A DNA stretch of 64,000 bases, from positions 1,725,249 through 1,789,248 of the forward strand of contig BDGG01000005.1 of NCBI GenBank assembly GCA_001949185.1. Reading direction: 5' to 3'. The translations under genes were made by a program, and so were the position numbers. The DNA comes from Ramazzottius varieornatus (Eukaryota; Animalia; Tardigrada). Position 1 is the stretch's first letter. Every line of letters starts with the position of its first letter. Below, piece by piece: positions 1 to 13,100 of the stretch. The notes under the pieces were generated by a model. It was not told the DNA's origin. It searched no databases and saw nothing but the letters and a program-made list of their open reading frames with translations.

Positions 1-144
1 GATGATTGATTTTGGCAATAATGGATATATTCAACACCCTTATTACAAGTGAGTCCTCCCAGCTGCAGAATATTTACTAGTAATTCTTTTTTAGGTTTAG
101 ACAGAGTAATTTTTCTGTGAAGAAGAACAATCCCGCCAAGAGTG

Positions 145-200
145 CTTCAAGTGGCGCACGTTTCCAGTACTGTGTGCTATAAGTGTGCGCCACTGAGAAA
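145..200. repeat. GGCGCAC-N25 palindrome family copy (upstream of grh)
   Basis: caagtggcgcac-N25-gtgcgccactgag. Confidence 0.8.
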
Positions 201-1957
201 AAATCTGCTCTAGCTTGGTTAAATTCCCAATTGGCGCACAACACCGTTGTGGAAGGTTTTGCTCGGGTGGGAAATTTCAGACAGTCTGAAAGATCCTGTA
301 TGACTGATGCAGAATAATGGAATATTTTGTCAAGGCTTAAGGCTTCGCGAGACTGTCAGAATATATTTCGCAATATTGTGCTTGCCACCTGTGGTGCGCG
401 TCTTGGAAGCGTTTATGGCAGAATGATTTTAAATTTCTGTGAAAAAGGAGACGATTCCGCACGAATGAGTGACCACACTGATTGTCGTCGGCAGAAGAAA
501 AGTAGTCTTCAAAGCAATAAGAAGGACCGACCATGTGCTCACTTCAATGTTGCGTGCGAATCGTCACCAGCAGGAAAAGTAGAAAAAACTTTTGGCGGAA
601 GGTGCGATGAAAGAGATGGTTAAGTCTGTTTCGCCCCGGCAACACCTCCATTGTCTTCGCGGCTTAATTTACTCTAAGACAGATGTCCCACAACTTGCTA
701 AAGGGTGATACCGATGTTTAAAGATTACAAAGACTAATCAAAAACGGATAGGCGCACCTTTCCTGTCCGGGTTACTTTTTTCATTCAGTCTCTACTTCAC
801 CCGTATAATGCTCAGCTTCCGGAGACTCTTCCGACATGCAACTGCTCAAAAGCCTCAGCCATGAAAGTCGTCCTCAACAAGGCCCATTAGATCTTTAGAA
901 ATTCACCAATGGCCAACATTTTCTTCCGTGGCAAAGTGGCTCCTTTCCATTCAGACATAAGTGCCCTGTTTTCGTCAGCTCCTTCTCCTGCAAGTAAGAT
1001 GTACCGACCGACCGGCAAACAGCGCTCGTAATTATATACGTTCGTTGCGATGCGCGAGCCTCCGTCGAGCCGCCAGATGGAAATCAGAAAAGATGAAACG
1101 GACACCAAGCTTGAAGATGATCAAAGGAAAAGTGTCTCTTGGGCATCGCAAAGATCGGCCACAAGTGACGTAGCCAGCCACTTGACGAGGTGGAACCTTT
1201 TTCTTTAAGATGCTGCCATTTTGTCCGTAAACCTTGTCACTTGTTTTCCTCGTAACAACCATCTTCGGCTCTAAACCATTCTTGCGCCTCGGCGACCCAC
1301 CACAGGGAATATTTTCAGGATATTCGCGCCTCGTGAGAATTTGCGTACCCTTGCACCTTGATAGATTTTTGTGAAGTTGGACATTCATAGCATCCTGCTG
1401 TGTCAATTTGACTGCCATCAGACGAATTTAGCCTCCAATGGTGTATCGATGGAACTATCGGTAAACCCTTTCTGCATATTTTGGTCGAGGGAGAAGAAAA
1501 AAACTTTTTGGCATGGCGGAGTATAATGAGTGGTCGTATAGTCGAGAGCGTGATATAGCGAGGTACCTTTGCCGGTACCAGATGACAGAGTTGGTGTCAT
1601 ATCGATGATATAACAGGCTGGACCGTGTTGGTGTCACTTTATTGCCTTTCTCTTTCTTCCGTGTAGTGTGTATTTCTGTCCGTCAAACGCCTCATTGCAC
1701 CGAGCTCGTGTATTCTTTTGGTGGAGGAGATCGCGAGCTTTGAAGGTCGAGCTTCAGTTTCAGCCAAGCTCTTCCCTCTCACGCTCATCCACCCGTCCAC
1801 TTTTTTCTGTAATACCTTCACCGGGCTGCCGATATTCCATTCGAAATCGAAGGGGGAGGGTCCCTCACGTTAAATTTTGAAATTCGAATATTCGTCTGCA
1901 CTAGTTCTACTATTTTTGGAATATTCGGTATTGACTGGTTTCTGGCTTTTCGCATAG

Positions 1958-4900
1958 TGGTGGACAGAAAAAGAGCCATGTGAACGGGAATATCGAGCCC
2001 AAGTCCTCGGCGACGCCCGTGATTACCAACGTCAATGCTGCCTCGCATCGCTTAAGTATGCAACTAGAGGAAGACAACTGGTACGCTCGCCATCGAATGG
2101 GACTCACGGATGACAATCCTCTCACGACAGCCACCGCTGCCATGCTGAATCTCAACGGCGGAGACGAGCATACGCAAACTCACATGGGACTCTTGTACGA
2201 CTACTACCGCCAGCCAAACGGCGACAAAGGCGGAAGTGGCAAATCCCTCAACGACATTTGGCACAGGTACGAACCCTGATACAAATACCGTTCTTTGAGA
2301 TAAGCCACATTATCTTTCTGATAAATGATGTTGCATCTTTGAACAACGGCTGAATTTTAACTAGCCTTTTCTGAAGGGATGTTTTGATCAACAAAAAACA
2401 TTCCAATGGAGAGGAAATTCGAGTGCATTATAAATTCAACGTTTTTGCCCAAGTAATTAGTATGTGCGACTTGCCAAGATACCGCAAGATACTGTAGAGT
2501 CGTCAATATCGTTCAGGGTTGCCTTCGGGCACAATGCGTCGAAAAACATACCACTTTTCTTTGTTCCAACAAAATAATCAACGGGGTGTTACTGATGAGA
2601 AAGGCCTAATGTCTGCATACTTTCAAAAACTTCCTCCTCCCTCACTGCCTCCTGACTACTGACTATTAGATATTGGCAGTTAACTTCCAAAGAAATTTAC
2701 TGCAGCATTCACAAAGCTTTCCATGCGGAATAGATTTATCTCAAAATATTCACTGCAAGCGACAGTGCAAATTTTCGAGCAGCAAATCTGCCATACCATA
2801 TGGAGACCTTTGCGTTTTCCACACGACCCTCCACAAAACAATACAAGATAATCCTGTGGACGCAGAAGTCAGTCTACAGACGGACTGCCCCGCACAATTC
2901 TATAAGTCTTCACTGTTTTCTTACCTCAAAACAAGCAGTACTTTCACTAAGCACTTGGACCCTTTTTTCTTTGCGAAACAAAATACCCACAGACTAATCG
3001 TAAAATTCAAATGAGTACCGCCTGATGAGTTAACCGTGTCGACGAGAGAAGGTTTGCAGTCCGAAAAGGAAAAGTGGCCATGCTTAATTGGACTGTAAAG
3101 ACACGACCTCATTAGCCGTTCATCTCACACATGCAAATTACACAGTAGAAACTTTCATTCGAAAAAATACATAGCATTTGGGAAACCGGCAAACAATCCG
3201 GTGTGACTGTTTTCTCGAATGGCGCATTCTTCCAGCTAGTAACAATGGAAACGTGCGCCACTTCAGAAGACAATCATCCTGAAATTTTTTGCCGGACTGG
3301 GGTTTGTTTTTTGGAATAATCAGAAAGACATATTTGCAGTGGAAACCACGAGTCGACAGTGGAGGTCTCCACCATTCGAACGGCGGGTTCCACCGGTCAA
3401 ACCATGCATCGTTCGGCCCACGCCCATCACTTGTACAAGTCCCAGCAGCACAACCAAGACACAACCTGCGGAGGAATATTACGCAACTCTCCCGACCATT
3501 CCACGGCGTCCATGCGTTCCCACCATTCCTCACCGTCCAGTTCTGACCAGTCACTCAACGCCGGCCACCACTCGCCACATTCCACCAGTCCCGGCACCAA
3601 CCACGCCGTCGTCTCTTCCAGCACCTTCTCCTCCCACACCAAGCATGACGCGGAAGGTAACTCGGTCATCATGAAGCAGGAACAACACACAGAACTTCCG
3701 CCTATCCATCAGGCAGCCTTTGGGGCCTATTACCCGGCACAAGCAGTCCCCTATGTCACGAGCTTGACTGATCAGACAGTGTTGCTCCAGGCCGCCAATG
3801 GCGAGTATTACAGGGCGCCTATTGCCACAGCTAGTACCATGATGGACTATGGCTATGGCTTTCAAGCTAGAGTTCAGACACAGTTTCAGGACCCTTCTTT
3901 GGTGGACCATATGACGGTCGAACGTTATAGGCAAGCCTTTCCGCAAAGCATGAGCAGCCATATACCGGGAATGAATGTTGATTTGCCTTCTCCTGATAGT
4001 GGTCTTGGTGAGGGGCTTGCTTCCCGCGAACACTCAAATTCGCAGGTACGCTCAGCTTTTACCTACGGGTACCAAGAGACATGAAACTAACTTCCGGTTA
4101 TTTTAGCAACAAATGTACGACAGTTACAACGCAAATAACGAAGCACACAATTCGTTCGTCACTTCCGCCTCGTTGATGTCACCAGAAACCTCGACGTCCG
4201 AAAGCCCCCGACTGACGCCAACCCTGAGCAACCGCCGCAACTCTTCCACAGAACGAACGCCGGTCGAGAAGCTTGGTTCGGTCAACCCCATCGTCAACAT
4301 TCCTAAAGTGTAAGCGAAAAACTCCAATCGGAAAACCCAGTTCCTCGCTTTGTTTAAAAATCGAGAGCGCCACGCCCAAAAGTTCAAAATATCTTTCCTG
4401 TCTAATTCACGAAATTTTCAATCCTAGTTTTCTCGTTTACTGCAAAGAGACGCTTTAGTTTTTCTAAAGTTCTTTTCCGACGGGGAATATGTGAGCGAAC
4501 TTAGTCGGAAGAGTGTCCAGTGGGCACTTGAGCTCTGAGAAACTTGTGTAGGCAGCGCCGATCGCTCATCGCCTCCTCAGCGCTCTTGCCTGACGCTCGA
4601 GCACAGTGAGAAAGGGGTGTAGTCTCCGTAGCTCGCTCTGAATGGACTATAGGGTCTCAATTGATCTGCTTATCAAAAATAATCCCTCTGTAATAACACT
4701 AACCCGGCTCTGGTGTTGCTCTGGCTGCAGATTCTCCAACGTCGGTTTCCGTTACTACTTGGAGTCGCCCATTAGCACCAGTCAAAAGCGCGAAGAGGAT
4801 CGCATTACCTATATTAACAAAGGTACGTAGCCCATCTTGTGCCTCCATCCAATCAAGCGGAACACCCTTTGGACAAGTGTCGGCCCTGTTTGCCCATCAA

Positions 4901-6710
4901 TTTAAGATGTGTAATACCCGCTGATACTCCACCCCGATCAAGCGACCAACCGATCGACATACAGACATCATAACATGCAATGAATGAATCTGACCAATCT
5001 AACCCATGTTTTCATTTGCTACATCTAGGCCAGTTTTACCCCATCACTCTTGAATACATTCCTGATCCCGACAAGCCCTTGAAATCACAAACAGTCAAAG
5101 TAAGAATGAGAGAAGCCTGTTTTGATGTAATTTCATTTGCGATGTAAAGTATGCGAATGAATGAGTGAAATCGAGAAGGGTTCAATTTCGCCCACACTTC
5201 CTTCTTTTGTGGTATAAATACCTGTCTCACCGACGCTTTCCTTCCTAGTCAACCATTATGCTGGTGTTCCGTGAAGAAAAGACCAGTGAGGAAGAAGCGA
5301 AAGCCTGGCAGTTTTGGCACAGTCGACAACACAGCATAAAACAACGCATATTCGACGCCGACACAAAAAACAGCATCGGCCTAGTCGGCTGTATCGAAGA
5401 AACCTCCCACAACGCCATTTCCGTGTACTGGAATCCACACGAAGGACCAGCAAAAGTTAACATTGCCGTTCAATGCCTCAGCACCGACTTCAGTAACCAA
5501 AAAGGAGTGAAGGTAAACCCAACTTCTCAAAACTTAAAACCACGCCCCACATTCAACCGGCAAAATACATCTAACGTATATTCTCCTACAGGGTCTTCCG
5601 CTTCACATTCAGATCGACACCCACGAGGATCTTCGAGCGCAAGGAAAGCCATTCCACCGAGGTTACTGCCAAATAAAGATATTTTGCGACAAGGTGTGGA
5701 AATTCATCCTGTCAAATTTCGACTGACATGTCCACTAATTTTTGAAAATTTGCACTAAAATTTGGTTAAAATTTTTTGTAGGGTGCAGAAAGGAAGACAA
5801 GGGACGAGGAACGAAGAGCCGCCAAGAGAAAGATGGCGGCTGCCGGTCGCAAGAAGCTAGACGACCTGTACCATCCCAACATCGAGCGCTCAGAGTTCTA
5901 CGCCATGGCCGACTTGGCCAAGCCACCCCTCCTCTTCACACCTGCCGAGGACCTCGACCGACTTCCACCCATGGAACTCGGACTCTTCTACAATGCCGGT
6001 AACGGTAGCGAGCCCAAACCAGACGACGAGGATATCCGTTCCGAGCGTGCTTCCTCCATCGTCGACAACGTCCTACCTCCGGCGAAACGCATAAAGATCG
6101 TTCCTCCAGTCTCAGAACGAGGTACTGTCGCAAGAACTCTTACCCAAACCATCGGAAATTCTCTCCTAAAATATCACTCCGTCCTTTCAGTCATGCTTTA
6201 CATGAGGAAGGAAAGCGACGAAGCATACACGGCCCTACACCTGGTTCCTCCAACCATAAAGGGACTCACACAAGCTGTAAGTACCCCAGTCAAGCTCGCG
6301 CAAAATAGCGCCTGAGACACGCCAGTGTGCGCCACTTCATCCGATCGATGAATAGAACGGATATCTCTCTTTGCAGATCTACCTGAAATACGGCGCCGAT
6401 CCGAACAAAATCACCAAAATATTCAAAAAGAATTCTCAAGGGTACGTTCAACGCTTTTCATGGAAATCGGAAATAACTCAAATATCTAAAAATTTCAGAT
6501 ATTTCTGATCAATGAACAAATATCTTTCTGTTCAGGTCGACGGTGGAAATGGACGACGACATGGTTCGTCTGTATTCCAACGAGGACACATTCGTCATCA
6601 ATTTCCAACAAAACGCCGAAGACGACACCCTTCACGTCTACCTGACGGAACTTCCGTACGAACCGAGGGCAGATTCGTCTTCAACTTCTCTTCAAAACAT
6701 ACCAAGCTAG
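1958..6710 (+). CDS. grh: Grainyhead / GRHL (CP2 family) transcription factor, multi-exon; 5' end uncertain (acceptor at 1957, first in-frame ATG 2058)
   Basis: Spliced ORF pieces: N-terminal [22 protein letters not shown] motif; CP2 DNA-binding domain [75 protein letters not shown]; C-terminal dimerisation region [16 protein letters not shown] and [17 protein letters not shown]; stop TAG 6708-6710. Confidence 0.93.
3209..3275. repeat. GGCGCAC-N25 palindrome family copy (grh intron)
   Basis: tttctcgaatggcgcat-N25-gtgcgccacttcagaa. Confidence 0.75.
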
Positions 6711-7503
6711 ACCTCCGCTTACTCAGCATATGCACAAGCTGCCACGTTTATACCACAATATTCTCACTCAGAATCTCGTGCTACTCATTCCACAAGTTTC
6801 TATCCCGCTATCTACTCCCATCTGACACTGACCAAATATCGACTGTCGAGGACAAACCCGAAGGTTCTCGGGCAACCTGCAGCTGGAACTGGACCAAGTA
6901 CCGCTCTATAGCCTTGTACAGGAGTATACCGCGCTGAACCGGCAAAAGATTACAGTAAACTCTTCCGAGATTATAGTTTTATAAAATAATTGTCTCGCGC
7001 AGTTACTCCCCTGCTCCAGCTTACTCCTTCTCAAACTGCCATATTCGCAATCCTTCATATGCGTGGTAAAAGCTACAGCTTCTTGTTGACCATTCCTGCA
7101 CATCTGCTCTAGCCCATTCTCCGTTCCTCTTCCTGTCTGTTAGGAATAACCCTCTCTAATATCGTTTCAATCAAACGATGTCAATGTGTGCCTGGTGACG
7201 TGACCGAGTGTTTTATTTCAATAAAATATTCAGTTTCCGGTTAGGAACCTCCAGACAACAAGGTGAAGAGCAAACGCCTACGCGCACTTCGTCTGCTTCC
7301 ATTTTGAAAAAGGGATGTGGTAAAAGTGCAAACTTTGGGATTTGTCACTATCAGTGCAAAGGTCCCTCATCACAGAGTCGATAATGTAAAGTATTTCTTT
7401 GGGAAGGGTGGTGGCACTTACCATAGATCTCTTCGGAAGGCTTGATGGCGTCAAAGCTTCATTACGCAGTTGTCCTGTATGGCTTATTCTTCTTTTCTCT
7501 TTT

Positions 7504-8640
7504 CTATCCTTTCATCGATTTTGCTAACTTCCTCGTTCCTTTACTCAGATGACTTAGATCCTTCAGTAAACTCCGGGCTGTCCCCAGGACCTTCAGTGTG
7601 GCCGCCATCATAGACCAGACCGTGCCACTTTCTTCCTTGTTCTGACGATCTTTCGGACAGTCTTCCATCCCATCCCACTTATCCATCTTGAATTCAGGAA
7701 ACAGAAGCTGGCATTCTCTCTTCGTGGACTCTGGCGAATCTGAGGAACCAAACATCGATCGGATATTCAAAAATTCTGAATTTGCACGAAGGTACAGGGC
7801 AAACCGGAGCCATGAACAGCATTTCGAGTATCTGTTAAGCCGAATCGTCCGCGGATTGTTACCGGATGCGTCAGCTTCGTCCTGAAAGCATAACCATCCA
7901 GATTCCTTCTGGTTAGTAGAGACACAATAAGAAAAAAACAGCTGGCCCGCTAGCGCTTACTTGGACACTTTGGTCGGCCCCATCAGGGAACGCCACCGTT
8001 TTACGGCATCTTTGCCATGAAGAAGCAAAGCGATCACTTCCCCGCTACAGAAACAACAAGACGATAGCATGCTTACCAGTCGATGCTTTACAACGCCTTT
8101 ATGTACTACTGCACAAGAAAGCTTGTTCTAGGACTTACACTCGAGTTACCTGGACATCATCTCGGTTGCACGTTGGAAGAAGAATCGTCCTATGTAGCCA
8201 GACATACCATAAGACGAATTTTCTATGGATGATGGAAGTGCTAAGCGATATTCACCTCTATGCTCTTTATACAGCTCCTCAGCCTGTTGGCGAGTCAAGT
8301 GCATCCTTCGACTTCTGGAGATGTCCAGACCGTTGTCCCTTATGGTGTCGACAATTTCCTGAACGAAAGGCAAGTTTTCTTGAAGTATTAACATTTAATA
8401 CTGTGGTTTCGTTAATGGTTACTGATCATCATCTGCACATACATCAACAACGTGTGGAAGTGTGGCGGCATGAGGCTTGATAATGGCAATCACCAAACAA
8501 CTACTGGAATCTTTGAGGGTTGGCGTTGCAGTCTGGAAGCGTCGTTGGTAGTGACAGCAACTTCCGGTCACTTTTGCCATCTCGACTGCTGCTTTCCAAT
8601 AGTCTAGTGGCCGGGCGAGAGTGCTGGACTTGCGGAGCAT
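7504..8640 (-). CDS. NME6: Nucleoside diphosphate kinase 6-like (mitochondrial), multi-exon
   Basis: Exons encode AIIKPHAA, ELYKEHRGRFFFQR, WRSLMGPTKV, TIRGRFGLTDTRNAVHGSDSPES (catalytic His motif); start ATG 8640 inferred. Confidence 0.88.
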
Positions 8641-9119
8641 CCTGGAGGCAACTGACTTACTGTTTCTTCGTGTGAAGCTTCGGACTCTACAATTCTCCAA
8701 AGTGGCAAAATCAGTAAACGACAACAATGGAAAATTGGAATTACTCAATATTCAACATCTCTGACATTGTCTGTAGAGACTCGAGAGAGCTCCATGCCGC
8801 GCTTTACCATACGACTTGCTGCCACTGTGTCCATCAATTTGCAATCGGGCTTGTTAACCAACAATCATCACCAATCAAGTCCTGGCTCCCATTGCTCGAA
8901 CTTCCAACGGTACGGCTAACCAGAACTCTGCCTTTTTTTCTCTGGTTTCAACCAATCGGATGACTTTTGCAGTCGATGTTCTCGTTTCCGCCTCTACCTT
9001 AACTAAGTTGATAAGTGAGATAAGGCAAGCGGAGTGCGGAGATAAGGATCGCCAATTTATCCGACTGCCCATTTTTATTCCAGTGATATCGTGGTTGGAT
9101 AACAGTACGTCAGTCGTTC

Positions 9120-10698
<1,579 letters not shown>

Positions 10699-10795
10699 TG
10701 ATGATGAGTCGAAGTGGTCCGGAAACGCCCTTGATATGGAATCCCTGCATGCTCCGTAATTTTGTCTGATAATGCGCTTCGGTCTTGTTTGCTGA

Positions 10796-10830
10796 ACCCT
10801 GTTTCACTCGTACCCTGTTTCACCCGTACC
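10796..10830. repeat. 16-bp tandem duplication downstream of LYPLA
   Basis: accctgtttcactcgt accctgtttcacccgt acc. Confidence 0.6.
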
Positions 10831-11266
10831 TCGTAAGTCGTAATGATTTATAGCCCAGAAGACCATTATGGAACACGGTCGTTTTTATCGTGATTGCGTT
10901 CTCAAAACTTTTTATTTATGTCGCGTTCTAAGCTTGATATTTGAATAGTCCTCTTGTAAACAATCGATGTCCACCTTTCATGTTGAAGATACTTTATTAC
11001 TCAGATGTCCCTCACCATGACACCTTTGCGGACACGCAGAACATCACAAGATACATCAACCCCTTGATTTCTGTCATGCACGACGATTCTTCTGTCCACC
11101 AGAAGCTGAAATTAACCGATTTCACTGAACGAAAACCAAGAACAATCTGCCTTATTACGGAATGTGAAGTTGAGAGTAAAACATTAAAACACATAACTAG
11201 ACAACACCGTTATTTGCATATGAGTAGATTGTAGATATCTGTATAGTTTGGCTGACTTCCGTGATC

Positions 11267-11617
11267 TCATCCACGGTAATTCTTGTGAAGACGAGGCTCC
11301 ACGTTGTTGACCATACCCAGAAGGTTCTGGATGACCTGCTCCTTATTGACATCTACTCGCTGGTTCATGGCGTTAATACGCTTGGTTGTCTCGATGTCGA
11401 TCTTGGTGGCAATGTCATCACGGGATCCCAGATGCTGGCTTTCATATGCTTTGAACTGGCGTTCCCGTTCTTCGCGATACTTTTCGATCTCCGACTGCGC
11501 CTCCTCCTTGGCTTGTTTCAGGCGACGAGCCTTCCTCTTTCTCGCTTCGGCAACCTTGTCCGCAGCCTTCTTCTCGGCTGCCAGGAGCTGCTGGATACCT
11601 TGGGTTTGAGTAGCCAT
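11267..11617 (-). CDS. ATP6V1G: V-type proton ATPase subunit G
   Basis: Single [51 protein letters not shown]...LHKNY, characteristic of subunit G. Confidence 0.97.
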   Translation of the reverse strand: MATQTQGIQQLLAAEKKAADKVAEARKRKARRLKQAKEEAQSEIEKYREERERQFKAYESQHLGSRDDIATKIDIETTKRINAMNQRVDVNKEQVIQNLLGMVNNVEPRLHKNYRG

Positions 11618-11635
11618 GAAAGATCAATTCGCGTA

Positions 11636-11882
11636 GTCACGTGAGCCAGTACCAGCCAACCCTCCGTAGATCCGATCGGAGAGAAGCAGGCAAACAGAGA
11701 TAAAGTAGGTAGACCTCCCACTATGCTGCTTCAGTGGTCCTCGTTCACTACTGCAGAATGTTCCTCACGTGGGGTTCCAGAGATCCAGAGGAAGATCAGA
11801 AGCTCGGACAAAGCTGCAAGATGAGAAATCAAGAATGCTTTCACGAAAAAACAATACGAAAATCTGTCGCCTCTTTCACATG
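11636..11882. promoter_or_regulatory. Cluster of CLEAR/M-box-like E-boxes upstream of V-ATPase G
   Basis: GTCACGTGAG 11636-11645, TCACGTG 11765-11771, TCACATG 11876-11882. Confidence 0.45.
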
Positions 11883-12222
11883 GTAGCGTCGAGTTGATTG
11901 GATGAAAGACTTGATTCTTGCCAGTTACGGTGAGTTGACATCCTCTGGAGGGAGGTCGCCCGGTGAGGGGGAGGGGCTCATGGCCTCATATGCTCACACT
12001 GACTGACAAGAAGGAATGCCCAGCCTGCCCCGGGGGAAGATGGCCTGTGGACCTTCGAATTCGGACTCCGGTCGCTTTGCTGCTTTTGTTCCATCCTTTG
12101 ACTTTACGACTTTATTAACGAACTTCGGAACCAGCTCCAAGTACGGTTTTCGAGGTCGCAAATAGAGCAGGTGATCCAGGTTTATTTGGAAGTATTTCGA
12201 AAAAGCGAAGCAGCGCTGCAGG

Positions 12223-12861
12223 ATGAAGAATATCGACTGGGGATGGCAATTGAAGGCGAGAAATCTGCGGCACCGTGGAGAGTACCTCTTCAAGAACATG
12301 CCCATTCCTGCTGATATTACTTTCCACCTTCCGACAAACAACGGAAAAATTGAGACTATCGCTGCGCGCAAGTGAGTTCATCGGTTCGTGACTGTTCGTC
12401 TTCCAATGTTCCGTAGCGATCTTTTAGTTTGGAGTGGTCCGGCAATGAACCGGCATCGCGTACAGGTGCCTTTCCCAACTGATACCCGGCAAACCAACTC
12501 TGTGAGGCAGACTTGTCATCTCCGTATCCCAGACCATTTGAGCGGCGATTCAGTCGTCTATAAGCCGATAGATATCATTGTCGAGCCTTTCGCTCTTGGG
12601 GTCGACACTACCGCGAAGGACTTCCGCGATCTCTATCAAAGCAAGCTTCCATTCAGGATTACTTCAGGCCGGATAAACGACCTGGGAAATGATTATGAAG
12701 TTCGCAACACTGAGGAAAAGATGTTTGTTCATGACTCGGCTGGTACGGTCGGTCTGCGGTTCAACAAGTCTACGGGGGTACAATTTGAACGTTTCGATTG
12801 GCAAAAACATGGACGCTTTGACCGACACCCGCTGTTCTGGAGTAGTTTTCGGCAGAGTTAA
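12223..12861 (+). CDS. Orphan or degenerate protein beginning with a partial BTB/POZ-like segment (BTBD3/6-like); 2 exons; may be a pseudogene
   Basis: Exon 12223-12371 MKNIDWGWQLKARNLRHRGEYLFKNMPIPADITFHL..ETIAAR resembles the BTBD-family WQ..LRER..MFNN..ADVHF..AHK; GT-AG intron 12372-12416 joins in frame to ORF ending 12861. Confidence 0.4.
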
Positions 12862-13100
12862 GAACCATATTGAGGTGGTCGATCTTTTAAATCTGATTAA
12901 AGCAGCGTGGCGATGCAGAGAAGATTATAAGACTATCCGTTTGCAGTCCTACGTTCAATACCACTAGTGAGAACCTTCTCGGTCGAATTTCATCGCTCCC
13001 CGATATCACAACTAGCCTATTTTATGCATATGCCGGATAGCAGTTCCATAAAGCCTTCATTGACTCCACATTTTACTGGATTAGATAGAGCTTCCCGAGA

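Noticed and set aside
887-1418. Minus-strand ORFs (128 aa and 73 aa) upstream of grainyhead
   Set aside because: No recognisable motif and stops interrupt any continuation; cannot support a gene or transposon call without a search.
6290-6340. Further palindrome family copy in a grh intron
   Set aside because: Only the right arm (gtgcgccactt) is clear; too degenerate to list as a feature.
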